Positions 63,621 to 64,000 of a stretch of 64,000 nt of DNA are shown one piece after another. A model generated the notes under the pieces. That model was not told the origin of the DNA, made no database searches, and worked only from the letters and a program-made list of their open reading frames with translations. Positions within the stretch are counted from its first letter, which is position 1; each line of letters opens with the position of its first letter. Made by a program: the position numbers and the translations under genes. Source of the stretch: Acidimicrobiales bacterium. GTDB taxonomy: Bacteria; Actinomycetota; Acidimicrobiia; Acidimicrobiales; Aldehydirespiratoraceae. Where the stretch lies: contig OZ220692.1 in NCBI GenBank assembly GCA_965116485.1, positions 2,459,152 through 2,523,151 on the forward strand, written 5' to 3'.

Positions 63621-64000
63621 CTAGCGCAACCTGGAGGCCTGTATCGAGGCGATGACCGCGACGTTGACGATGTCTTGGACTGAACAGCCCCGCGAGAGAT
63701 CGTGCAACACGCCGTCAAGGCCCTGCAACAAGGGCCCGAAGGCCATCGCGCCACCAAGTCGTTCTGTGATCTTGTAGGCAATGTTGCCCGAGTCAAGATC
63801 GGGAAAGACGAACACGTTGGCTCTGCCGGCAACATCGGAATCCGGAGCCTTGGTCTCCGCAACCGCCGGAACCCACGCGGCATCGAATTGCAGTTCACCG
63901 TCAATCTTGAGATGCGGGGCCAAGCGCCGAGCAATCGCGGTCGCGCTGCACACCTTGTCGACGCGCGGGTGTTGAGCGCTCCCCTTGGTCGAGAACGAGA
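63621..64000 (-). CDS. pta: Phosphate acetyltransferase, C-terminal part (gene continues beyond the window)
   Basis: [52 protein letters not shown] is the conserved Pta C-terminus. The frame stays open to the window edge. Confidence 0.8.
   Translation of the reverse strand, partial: SFSTKGSAQHPRVDKVCSATAIARRLAPHLKIDGELQFDAAWVPAVAETKAPDSDVAGRANVFVFPDLDSGNIAYKITERLGGAMAFGPLLQGLDGVLHDLSRGCSVQDIVNVAVIASIQASRLR

Overview
High-GC, actinobacterial-looking chromosomal segment; the taxon is my inference from gene content and ORF style. Housekeeping blocks are acyl-CoA dehydrogenases (3.5-7.3 kb and 48-49 kb), a LacI-controlled ABC-transporter/oxidoreductase cluster (16-30.6 kb) and NHEJ remnants (30.7-32 kb). 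They also include the pyruvate dehydrogenase/lipoylation locus (lipB-lipA fusion, E2, lpd, aceE; 34.5-45.8 kb), a split suf Fe-S locus (49.5-57 kb) and an xsc-pta sulfoacetaldehyde locus (61-64 kb). The stand-out is 7.9-16.05 kb. It holds 35 tRNA or tRNA-like genes (28 anticodons, all 20 amino acids) that I folded by hand. These are interleaved with toxin-antitoxin and nuclease genes (AbiEi plus a truncated AbiEii, an HNH endonuclease, an MNT fragment, VapBC), gene fragments, and a 362-bp three-tRNA cassette present twice. Two ORF pairs are joined by an in-frame TGA sitting exactly in a redox motif (W-U-P-A-C at 40255; D-U-G-S-C at 60803). Each TGA is followed by a SECIS-like hairpin, so both look like selenoprotein genes. 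The window is also rich in short tandem repeats, including a dispersed CCGGYYRCGCCCGGCRAC motif family. One copy of that motif lies at the edge of the duplicated tRNA cassette. No integrase, transposase, rRNA or CRISPR array was seen. tRNA and repeat coordinates were counted by hand against the ORF-track anchors and may be off by 1-2 nt. No database search or folding program was available.
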